Assembly (NCBI GenBank): GCA_012522575.1
Contig: JAAYKE010000049.1
Location: 2,445 to 66,444, forward strand
From: Armatimonadota bacterium
Lineage (GTDB): Bacteria; Armatimonadota; UBA5829
DNA length: 64,000 nt
Reading direction: 5' to 3'
Translations under genes and position numbers: made by a program
The notes under the pieces: generated by a model
What the model was told of the DNA's origin: nothing
Seen by the model: the letters and a program-made list of their open reading frames with translations, nothing else
Databases searched by the model: none
Shown here: piece after piece, positions 39,762 to 47,467 of the stretch
Layout of the letters: the number at the start of each line of letters is the position of its first letter
How positions within the stretch are numbered: position 1 is the first letter of the stretch

Positions 39762-40523
39762 ATGCATAGTACCCTGTTTAAGATATTTGGATTTCCGGTG
39801 CACTCCTATGGCCTGATGATGGTCGTTGGGTTTGCGCTTGGGCTGTGGCGCGCGAGCAGAATATCGAAGAAGCGATATGGAATTGAGCCGGATCGGGTCT
39901 ATGATATGGCCCTGACGCTGCTGATCAGCGGCATAGTGGGATCGCGAATCGTATTTGTGCTCATTAACCCGGACACGGAGAGCTGGAAGGATATGCTGTC
40001 GGTGTGGCAGGGCGGACTAAGTTTCCACGGCGGGCTGATCAGCGCGATGGTTGCAGGAGCTATTTATGCGCGTATTGCGAAGCTGAATTATTGGGTTTGC
40101 GCTGATCTGTTCTCCCCTTCGCTGACGATTGGCTATGCCTGCACTCGAATCGGATGTTTTTTGAACGGCTGCTGCTATGGCGCGCCCACCAATCTGCCCT
40201 GGGGAATGAGATTCCTCGATGAAGGCTTCCTGACTCCGCCCTCTCACCCCACCCAACTCTATGCTGTCGGCGCAAATATTCTGATCCTGTGGGCGTTGAT
40301 TAGGTTGGAGAAGCTGCGCCGAAAGCCCGGTTTCGTATTTGTCGGATATGTCGGGCTTTACTCCATATACAGATTTCTGATCGAGTTTTTGCGCAGCGGA
40401 TATACCGCCAAACTGCTCGCGTTCGGGCTGACTGAGGCGCAGTGGGTAAGCCTGGCGGCCATATTAGCCTCGGCTGTTTTGATGCTCACGGTGTATCGCA
40501 ATCCCCTCAAATCTTCACAATAG
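39762..40523 (+). CDS. lgt: Prolipoprotein diacylglyceryl transferase
   Basis: 'GFPVHSYGLMMVVGFALG', 'GGLSFHGGLI', 'R.GCFLNGCCYG' Lgt signature blocks. Confidence 0.85.
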   Translation: MHSTLFKIFGFPVHSYGLMMVVGFALGLWRASRISKKRYGIEPDRVYDMALTLLISGIVGSRIVFVLINPDTESWKDMLSVWQGGLSFHGGLISAMVAGAIYARIAKLNYWVCADLFSPSLTIGYACTRIGCFLNGCCYGAPTNLPWGMRFLDEGFLTPPSHPTQLYAVGANILILWALIRLEKLRRKPGFVFVGYVGLYSIYRFLIEFLRSGYTAKLLAFGLTEAQWVSLAAILASAVLMLTVYRNPLKSSQ

Positions 40524-40605
40524 ACGATCTCATACTTCGAAGAACGAGATATTTCTGCAATTCGACGCCGATTTAATCCATACTCAGGTCATCAACTGAC
40601 AATTT

Positions 40606-40628
40606 TTGACATAGCCGTATGCTATAAT
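40606..40628 (+). promoter_or_regulatory. Putative sigma70-type promoter with an extended -10 (TGcTATAAT) upstream of the E2-like gene
   Basis: TTGACA at 40606-40611 and TGCTATAAT at 40620-40628; the spacer is short (11 nt), so the extended -10 would have to compensate. Confidence 0.3.
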
Positions 40629-40723
40629 ACCGGTGGGCGGTTGCGGATAAATCAACATCCATCTATAGCCATAATACTCATATAGTAAAAGAATATTGAG
40701 CGATAGATCGGCAAGGGTCGAAT

Positions 40724-41227
40724 ATGAATGTCAGACAACGCAGACTCAACTCGGATTTCCAGGCGCTCATCGAGCTTTCCCGCGACAATCCGCTTATTGA
40801 TTTTGATATATTAAGCAACAACAAGGACAGATATGTAGTGATTTATCGATGCAGAGGTCTGCATTGGCTGCCGGGTCGTCCGCGTCCATCCGTTGCTAAT
40901 CTGCATCGTATGGAAATTTATCTTCACCTGGACTACCCGCGCCTGCCTCCGCAACTGCAGTGGCTGACCGATATTTTCCATCCCAACATCCTGCCTCCTT
41001 CGATGAACGGCGGGGTATGCATAGGCAAATGGACCCCGGCGGAATCTCTGGACAGGCTGGTGGTGCGTCTCGGGGAGATGGTGCAGTATAAAAACTATAA
41101 CACAAAGGATCCCATGAACCTGCAAGCGGCCGCTTGGGCGGAAGAGAACTCCTCGTCGCTGCCCGTAGACAACAGGCCGCTGACAAATCATTCTAACCCT
41201 TTGGACATAGGCATAGGAGCGCAATAA
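40724..41227 (+). CDS. Ubiquitin-conjugating enzyme (E2/UBC)-like protein, copy 1
   Basis: 'DIFHPNILPPSMNGGVCIGKWTPAESL' matches the UBC active site (HPN, then the catalytic Cys, then the downstream Trp/Pro); the N-terminal 'RRLNSDFQAL' matches UBC helix 1. Confidence 0.7.
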   Translation: MNVRQRRLNSDFQALIELSRDNPLIDFDILSNNKDRYVVIYRCRGLHWLPGRPRPSVANLHRMEIYLHLDYPRLPPQLQWLTDIFHPNILPPSMNGGVCIGKWTPAESLDRLVVRLGEMVQYKNYNTKDPMNLQAAAWAEENSSSLPVDNRPLTNHSNPLDIGIGAQ

Positions 41228-41228
41228 A

Positions 41229-42167
41229 ATGTCATTTCGGTGTGGAAGGTATTTGCTGTTAGTTATTTGTTTGGGTGTTTTGTTTATCAGTTGCGTGTTC
41301 GCCGACGCCAGAGATGTGGTGGATAAAGTGGGCGATGCAGTGGTAAGCATAGAATGTGATACTCCCGCCGGCGTTTCGGGAGGTTCGGGCGTATTAGTAA
41401 ACCCGGACGGCTACATTCTGACCAACGCTCACGTCATTGATAAAGCAAAAAAAGTGCGGATTAAAATGACGGATGAGAAGCAGTTGAGCGCGAAGGTGGT
41501 GGCTAAAGACAACGAAAATGACCTTGCGATCATCCGCATCAATATCCGAAACCTGCCGGTGGCGGTTATCGGCAACGCGAAGAACGCCAAATCCGGGGAC
41601 AGCGTGGTTGCGATAGGCAGTCCCAAAGGGCTGGATCATACCGTCACCAGCGGGATTGTATCCAAAAGCGACAGAGTAATAAACGGACGCCATTATATTC
41701 AAACCGACGCAGCCCTCAACGAAGGCAACAGCGGTGGCCCGTTGCTGAACGAAAATGGGGAAATTATTGGCATCAATACAATGATTCATAAGAATGCCAA
41801 TCAACTTGGGTTTGCGATTCCCATAAATACGGCTTATGAACTGCTGAACAAAAATAATGTGGCTGTGCTCACGCCGCTGGATAATGAAGAACTTGCAAAG
41901 ACCAAATTGCCAGCCAACAAGACAGAGGGAGCAGGCAGACCATCGACCAAAAAGCCGGGCTGGATTTTATATGTGATTTTGGGAGTGGTTGCGGCGGCTG
42001 TTGCAGCAACCGTTGTGATACTGATTAGAAAGCGCAAAGCGCGAAAGCGGCAGGGAGGTAATGAGGGAGCGCTGGATATCACCCTGCATCCAAAGCTGGC
42101 ACAGGCTCAGCCGGCTGGCCAGGATAACGCCGACGACGGCGATGATTTGGAAATAGAACTGAAATAG
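41229..42167 (+). CDS. Membrane-anchored trypsin-like (S1/HtrA-type, no PDZ) serine protease with an acidic C-terminal tail
   Basis: 'ILTNAHVI' (His), 'NDLAIIRI' (Asp), 'GNSGGPLLN' (Ser) triad blocks; TM helix 'WILYVILGVVAAAVAATVVILI'; ends '...DDGDDLEIELK'; the start lies 1 nt after the E2 stop. Confidence 0.7.
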   Translation: MSFRCGRYLLLVICLGVLFISCVFADARDVVDKVGDAVVSIECDTPAGVSGGSGVLVNPDGYILTNAHVIDKAKKVRIKMTDEKQLSAKVVAKDNENDLAIIRINIRNLPVAVIGNAKNAKSGDSVVAIGSPKGLDHTVTSGIVSKSDRVINGRHYIQTDAALNEGNSGGPLLNENGEIIGINTMIHKNANQLGFAIPINTAYELLNKNNVAVLTPLDNEELAKTKLPANKTEGAGRPSTKKPGWILYVILGVVAAAVAATVVILIRKRKARKRQGGNEGALDITLHPKLAQAQPAGQDNADDGDDLEIELK

Positions 42168-42192
42168 AAACAGAGAGGAGATACACAAGATT

Positions 42193-42462
42193 ATGGGAAA
42201 AGTGGATGTCACGATTATTGACGCTACGGGAAACAAGGAGCAGCAGGCCTCGCTGCCGGACGATGCGCCGGTGAGGAGAATTATCGCCAGGCTGACGGAG
42301 ATGATGCAACTGCCGGCAACCGATCCGGGCGGACAGATGTTGAGCTACAAGTTTCAGCATAAGGCGTCCGGCACGCAGCTTACCGATGATCAGACCCTTG
42401 CCGATGCAAACGTAAAAGATGGGGACGTGCTGCGGATGCTGCCGGAGATTACTGCAGGATGA
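42193..42462 (+). CDS. Ubiquitin-like beta-grasp protein (Ubl) with a C-terminal Ala-Gly
   Basis: 89 aa; ends '...LRMLPEITAG*'; the stop overlaps the E1 start (ATGA); RBS 'GAGAGGAG' upstream. Confidence 0.6.
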   Translation: MGKVDVTIIDATGNKEQQASLPDDAPVRRIIARLTEMMQLPATDPGGQMLSYKFQHKASGTQLTDDQTLADANVKDGDVLRMLPEITAG

Positions 42463-43730
42463 TCGACGATACAGATGATCTCGGCATTGAACTGATCGGC
42501 GACGACGCCGTTGCGCCGGATGCCCAACAGCCGAAACAGGCGGACGAACAAAAGTTGGTGTCAACCGAGGAGGAAGAGGATCGCTACAGCCGTTTCCGAC
42601 TGATTCCGTGGTGGGATCAGGAGTTGCTTAAACGGACGCGCGTGCTGGTAGTTGGAGCGGGTGCGCTCGGCAATGAGATTCTCAAAAATCTTGCCCTGCT
42701 GGGAGTCGGCAAGATATTTCTGATCGATTTGGATCGGATAGAGAACTCCAACTTGTCCAGGTCGGTGCTTTACAGGCTGTCGGATGAGGGATCCGGCAAA
42801 GCGGAAGTAGCTGCGCGGTCGGCGATGGAGATCAACCCTGACATTACCGTGCATCCGTTTATGGGCAATATCGTGCACGATGTGGGCCTGGGTGTGTTCA
42901 GATCAATGGATGTGGTGATCTGCGGACTGGATAATCGAGAGGCGAGGCTGTGGGTCAACCAGTGCTGCTGGCGGGTGAACAGGCCGTGGATCGACGGAGC
43001 TATAGAGGTATTGCACGGCATAGTGCGAGTGTTCGTCCCGCCTGATGGCGCGTGTTATGAATGCACAATGAACGACACCGACTATGAGATGCTGCGGCGG
43101 CGAAAGTCCTGCGCTCTGCTGACCAGAGAACAGATGCTGGAAGGCAAAGTGCCGACCACGCCAACCATATCATCGGTAATCGCGGGAATACAGTGTCAGG
43201 AGGCCGTAAAACTGGTTCACGATCGCCCTGAGCTACCGGTGCTTGAGGGAAAGGGATACTTCTTCAACGGATTGACCCATGACTCATTTGTGGTGAATTA
43301 TACCCGCAAGCAGGATTGTTTGAGCCATGAGACCTTTGAAAACATCAAGGAGATGGACTGGCGGGCGCAGGACCTGACCTTGAGGCAGGCTCTCGAACAT
43401 ATTCGAGCGGATCTCGGAGACGAAGCGGCTCTGGAGCTTAACCGCGAAATTGTATATGAGATGACCTGTGAGCAATGCGATGTCTCGGTTCCGACTTCGA
43501 TGCTGCTGGGGAAGATGACCGAAGCCGATGCCGCTTGCCCGAAATGCCGCGAAGTGATGGCTTTGGAGATGTGTCACAGCGTCTCCGGAGACGAGGCGTT
43601 TGTTGACAAGACCTTCGCCGAAATAGGGCTGCCCGCATTTGACATAGTTGCGGGCAGGTGCGGGATGGAAGAAAGGTACTATGAGTTGAGCGGTGACAGG
43701 GCAAAGATGCTCGGCGACATCGCGGATTGA
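42459..43730 (+). CDS. E1-like ubiquitin-activating enzyme (ThiF/MoeB/HesA family) with a C-terminal CxxC zinc module
   Basis: 'RVLVVGAGALGNEILKNLALLGVGKIFLIDLDRIENSNLSRS' adenylation Rossmann fold; C-terminal 'CYEC', 'CEQC', 'CPKC' pairs; N-terminal acidic 'DDTDDLGIELIGDD'. Confidence 0.8.
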   Translation: MIDDTDDLGIELIGDDAVAPDAQQPKQADEQKLVSTEEEEDRYSRFRLIPWWDQELLKRTRVLVVGAGALGNEILKNLALLGVGKIFLIDLDRIENSNLSRSVLYRLSDEGSGKAEVAARSAMEINPDITVHPFMGNIVHDVGLGVFRSMDVVICGLDNREARLWVNQCCWRVNRPWIDGAIEVLHGIVRVFVPPDGACYECTMNDTDYEMLRRRKSCALLTREQMLEGKVPTTPTISSVIAGIQCQEAVKLVHDRPELPVLEGKGYFFNGLTHDSFVVNYTRKQDCLSHETFENIKEMDWRAQDLTLRQALEHIRADLGDEAALELNREIVYEMTCEQCDVSVPTSMLLGKMTEADAACPKCREVMALEMCHSVSGDEAFVDKTFAEIGLPAFDIVAGRCGMEERYYELSGDRAKMLGDIAD

Positions 43731-44707
43731 GCAAAAAAAGAACGGGTGGGAAGGCTATGACTGCAGAGGATAGACACAATGATGCAGATATTGAGCTTAT
43801 TGTAACCGAAAATCGGCCCAGCGGCGCGATGGATTGTCCGGACATCCGGATCGACCCTGAAGTAGATAAGCAGATACAGACCTTCGCAAAAACAGACACC
43901 GGCAAAGAGTTGGGAGGAGTGCTGCTTGGGGAGCTTATCGCTGATTCCGTAATCCCGCAGGTGAGAATCAAGGCCGCTATTGAGGCCAAACATACGGAAG
44001 CCGTTCAGACAAGCGTCAAATTCACCCACGATACCTGGGACGACATCAACCGGGTCAAGGATGAAAAATATCCGGATATGCGGATAGTCGGGTGGTTCCA
44101 CACTCATCCCGGCTTTGGCATATTCCTGTCGCGGTGGGATATGTTTATCCAGGAAAACTTCTTTAATCTGCCGTGGCAGGTGGCCTATGTGGTCGATCCT
44201 GTCGGTAAAACGAGCGGGTTTTTCCGGTGGGAAAACGGCAAAGTTGCTCAGGTCGGCAAGAAAAAAGAAATTGCGCCTCCTATTGAGGTCACGCTTCCGA
44301 AAGTGGAAAAAGTCGGCAGGTCATTTAACTGGGGAACGGTATTCTCTGTTGTCTTGAACGTTGCGCTGATTGCGGCCGTGGTATATCTTGGCCTGTTCAA
44401 GCCTCCGGAGGTTCGGGTTGAGGAGAAAATCGTAACCGAAGAAGCGCCGGTTAACGTTGAGCGGCAATCGACAACTGAGATGACCGAGCAAGCGCAGACG
44501 TGGACGGAATATGTTGTGCAGAGGGGGGATTCTTTCTGGTCGATAGCCAAGAATTGTTATGGAGAGGGTGAATTATATACCGCTATCCAACTCTTCAACA
44601 ATATGCCCGATAAAAAGGTACTGCACACAGGGGAGCGCTTGCGGCTGCCGTCCAAAGAGATCGCCGTTACGATGCTTGACAAGAGGATCAGACCAGGGAT
44701 TGATTAA
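43727..44707 (+). CDS. JAB/MPN (JAMM) metalloprotease fused to a TM segment and a C-terminal LysM domain
   Basis: 'E..AV' glutamate plus 'WFHTHPGFGIFLSRWD' (HxHx7Sx2D); TM helix 'VFSVVLNVALIAAVVYLGLF'; LysM 'YVVQRGDSFWSIAKNCYG....AIQLFNNMPDKKVLHTGERLRLP'. Confidence 0.75.
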   Translation: MSKKRTGGKAMTAEDRHNDADIELIVTENRPSGAMDCPDIRIDPEVDKQIQTFAKTDTGKELGGVLLGELIADSVIPQVRIKAAIEAKHTEAVQTSVKFTHDTWDDINRVKDEKYPDMRIVGWFHTHPGFGIFLSRWDMFIQENFFNLPWQVAYVVDPVGKTSGFFRWENGKVAQVGKKKEIAPPIEVTLPKVEKVGRSFNWGTVFSVVLNVALIAAVVYLGLFKPPEVRVEEKIVTEEAPVNVERQSTTEMTEQAQTWTEYVVQRGDSFWSIAKNCYGEGELYTAIQLFNNMPDKKVLHTGERLRLPSKEIAVTMLDKRIRPGID

Positions 44708-45301
44708 ATGCGTTCGTCTGTCGGCAAAACGTGTCCATATTGCCAGTATCCCATCAAGCCGGATGAGCCGGTAATCGAGTGCAGTCATTGCGGCATGCCG
44801 CATCATAGGGCTTGCTGGGAATATAACCGCGGGTGTACGACTTATGGCTGCAGCGGAGTGCAGCGGCATGGCAGATTGCCCGTTGCAGGCAATCAGCAGG
44901 GGTCTGATCATATCGACCTTACAGACATAATGCACGAGCCGGAACAGCCGACTCCATACTATCCGCAACAACCGGGATACCAGCCCGCGGAATCGGAAGC
45001 TCCGCTTTTAGCGACATCGAACTCATTAGCGGGCAGCGGAGGAGTGATTGGAGCGATAATCGGAGGATTTATCGGTCTGAGCGGCGGGTGCGCAGGCTGC
45101 ATTCCCGGCGCAATTTTCGGTTTTATCATAGGCGCCTTGATCGGCGGGTTTATGCTCTATGGCATTATAATAACTGTGACCAGCGGGATTGGGTATATGT
45201 TCGGATCAGTCGGCGGGCAGGACGCGGCTATCGGCGGAGCGGCAATCGGGCTGATAGTCGGAGTCATAATAATCGTAATCGGTTGCTGCAAGCAGGCATG
45301 A
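44708..45301 (+). CDS. PHD/RING-like binuclear zinc-finger protein (paralog 1) with a glycine-zipper membrane C-terminus; candidate E3
   Basis: N-terminal 'CPYCQYPIKPDEPVIECSHCGMPHHRACWEYNRGCTTYGC' (C-x2-C-x12-C-x2-C-x3-HH-x2-C-x6-C-x4-C); the C-terminal half is GxxxG-rich and hydrophobic. Confidence 0.55.
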   Translation: MRSSVGKTCPYCQYPIKPDEPVIECSHCGMPHHRACWEYNRGCTTYGCSGVQRHGRLPVAGNQQGSDHIDLTDIMHEPEQPTPYYPQQPGYQPAESEAPLLATSNSLAGSGGVIGAIIGGFIGLSGGCAGCIPGAIFGFIIGALIGGFMLYGIIITVTSGIGYMFGSVGGQDAAIGGAAIGLIVGVIIIVIGCCKQA

Positions 45302-45339
45302 CGATTCATACAAGATCAAGATAGCAGGAGGTTTGATCT

Positions 45340-45939
45340 ATGGCTAATACAGTGGCCGGACCCGCAATAGCCGGCAAGACATGTCCGTTTTGTCAGACTC
45401 CGATAAAACCAAATGAACCTGTGCACATTTGTGACCAGTGCAATATCCCGCATCACCAGGATTGCTGGCGGGAAAATGGCGGCTGCACGACTTTCGGGTG
45501 CAGGGGAGCCAATGCAGCACGCCCAATCATCCCGCAACGAGCTTACGACGATCACTCTCAACCAGTCCAACAGCAGCCCTATTTTCAACCAAATCAGCAA
45601 CCCGGATACGGTAATCAATATCAACAACATTATCAATATGCGCCCGATGTGCCGCCTGAAATAATGGGCAAGCTCAACTGGGGAGCATTTCTTTTGCCTT
45701 TCTTTTGGGCGATAGCCCACAATGTGTGGATCGGACTCTTAATACTGGTTCCCTACGTTGGATGGGTTATGCATTTTGTTCTGCTGTTCAAGGGCAACGA
45801 ATGGGCGTGGAGAAATCGCAGATTCCAGAGCGTTCAACATTTCAACGAAGTGCAAAATGCCTGGGTGATAGCGGGACTCATATTGTTCTTCGGGTCGATA
45901 GTGTTCGTTTTTATATTAATGTCACTGGCGTACGCTTAG
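45340..45939 (+). CDS. PHD/RING-like zinc-finger membrane protein (paralog 2); candidate E3
   Basis: 'CPFCQTPIKPNEPVHICDQCNIPHHQDCWRENGGCTTFGC' has the same ligand spacing; a Gln/Pro/Tyr-rich linker; two or three C-terminal TM helices. Confidence 0.55.
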   Translation: MANTVAGPAIAGKTCPFCQTPIKPNEPVHICDQCNIPHHQDCWRENGGCTTFGCRGANAARPIIPQRAYDDHSQPVQQQPYFQPNQQPGYGNQYQQHYQYAPDVPPEIMGKLNWGAFLLPFFWAIAHNVWIGLLILVPYVGWVMHFVLLFKGNEWAWRNRRFQSVQHFNEVQNAWVIAGLILFFGSIVFVFILMSLAYA

Positions 45940-45962
45940 TTTAGTCAAGTTAGCTGAAATCC

Positions 45963-46847
45963 ATGACCGGCAAGCTCTGTCCATATTGTCAAAATCGTAT
46001 TACGTCGGGGAGCGCGGTTACTGCCTGCCCTGCCTGCAACACTCCGCATCATAGCGAGTGCTGGAACTACAATGGCGGGTGCACGACTTTTGGGTGCCGA
46101 TATATGCCCGGAGCAAGTGCGCATTCTTCAGCACAAGCATACGATGCATACGATGACCTGGATATAGAGCTTTATCCTCCGGGTGGCGGGTATCCGCCTT
46201 CGCGAAGCGGTCATGTGGAGCAGCAACACTACCGGCAGAGCCAGCCCAGGTCAAAGAATTCGTGGTTGTGGGCGATTATTTCGATAACTGCGTTTCTGGG
46301 CATGGTCGCCATTATGATAAGCACGACATTCAATAACCCGACGAATGCATCTTACATGAAACGCGCCATAAAATGCGTCAATCAAGAGCAGTATGAAACT
46401 GCAAAAACCTACTGTAATCTGGCTATTGAACAGGACCCCGAGTGTATGGAGGCATATTATCTGAAGGGCACATTGCTGCTGGAGCTTTGCAATTGGCGGC
46501 ACAACAACATTGAGGTGTGGATGAACCAGGCCAGACACGGTAACACTGAGCGGTTCGATGCGGCAGATGAGTGCTTTAGGCAATGTATCAGGTTCGCGCC
46601 AACTGATACGACTGAATATAACAAATATCTGAAGCTGGATAACTCTGAGATTGTGAGCCGGGCGTATGTCCACCTGGCGATGACGGCAACTCTGCGGATG
46701 CTGGCTAATTATGATGCCAATCGTATGAACGACGCGCTACTATGGGCCAGAATCGCGCGGCAATATCTTAACAAGGTGACATATTACCACCTTGGAACGG
46801 AGTATTACGAACTGGCAGATGCCCTGCAAAAGTTTGTGCCCGGTTAA
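45963..46847 (+). CDS. PHD/RING-like zinc-finger membrane protein (paralog 3) with a C-terminal TPR-like helical domain; candidate E3
   Basis: 'CPYCQNRITSGSAVTACPACNTPHHSECWNYNGGCTTFGC'; one TM helix 'WLWAIISITAFLGMVAIMI'; TPR-like 'YETAKTYCNLAIEQDPECMEAYYLKGTLLLE'. Confidence 0.55.
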   Translation: MTGKLCPYCQNRITSGSAVTACPACNTPHHSECWNYNGGCTTFGCRYMPGASAHSSAQAYDAYDDLDIELYPPGGGYPPSRSGHVEQQHYRQSQPRSKNSWLWAIISITAFLGMVAIMISTTFNNPTNASYMKRAIKCVNQEQYETAKTYCNLAIEQDPECMEAYYLKGTLLLELCNWRHNNIEVWMNQARHGNTERFDAADECFRQCIRFAPTDTTEYNKYLKLDNSEIVSRAYVHLAMTATLRMLANYDANRMNDALLWARIARQYLNKVTYYHLGTEYYELADALQKFVPG

Positions 46848-46897
46848 GATACGCAGCGGCTTAATATACTTGATCAACACAACTGGAGACGATATAT

Positions 46898-47467
46898 ATG
46901 AACCCTAGAATGATGCGTCTGAATGCCGATTACGAGAAGATCAGGACGGAATTTCTCGGCCATAGATATGTTACGGTCGAACCGATGGGTTCGCTGCCGC
47001 CTGAGAGATATAGAATCACATATCGAGTGCCGGGGCTGCGATGGGATAGCTTCGGCAACAGGCCGATTGTCGTCAACGAACATGTCGCGGAGATATATCT
47101 TCACGCTGATTACCCGCGTCAAACGCCAAAAGCTACCCTCAAAACCCCGATTTGGCACCCGAACTTTGGCACATATATCTGCATTGGAGATCACTGGGCG
47201 GCAGGAGAGACGCTGGTGGATATAATCGTGCAGATTGGGGATATGATTCAATATAAGTCCTACAATCCCAAGAGTCCGCTCAATGCAAATGCCGCGATAT
47301 GGTCGATGCAAAACCAGCATCTCTTCCCGGTAGGGACGATCGATATCCTGCAGCCGGAACCGGAGGTGGAGTTTGGCGGCGCAAGCGCAGATGTTGAGGA
47401 GGATGACCTTGGAATTGTGCTGGGGCCAAGCTCCGATAACGATGATCTGGAGATAGAATTCAAATGA
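46898..47467 (+). CDS. E2/UBC-like protein, copy 2, with an acidic C-terminal tail
   Basis: 'PIWHPNFGTYICIGDHWAAGETL' HPN...C motif; N-terminal 'MRLNADYEKI'; ends '...DNDDLEIEFK'; RBS 'GGAGACG' upstream. Confidence 0.7.
   Translation: MNPRMMRLNADYEKIRTEFLGHRYVTVEPMGSLPPERYRITYRVPGLRWDSFGNRPIVVNEHVAEIYLHADYPRQTPKATLKTPIWHPNFGTYICIGDHWAAGETLVDIIVQIGDMIQYKSYNPKSPLNANAAIWSMQNQHLFPVGTIDILQPEPEVEFGGASADVEEDDLGIVLGPSSDNDDLEIEFK

Noticed and set aside
40600-40700. attL-like direct repeat of the tRNA-Pro 3' end at the left edge of the Ubl cassette
   Set aside because: Only a weak 9-nt resemblance (GGTGGGCGG vs GGTCGGGGCGG) was seen by eye, which is insufficient to call an att site. It is kept only as a check suggested in a finding.
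45413-45664. 83-aa alternative-frame ORF inside zinc-finger paralog 2
   Set aside because: It lies within a supported gene in another frame. This is a compositional artefact of the Gln/Pro/Tyr-rich linker-coding DNA.
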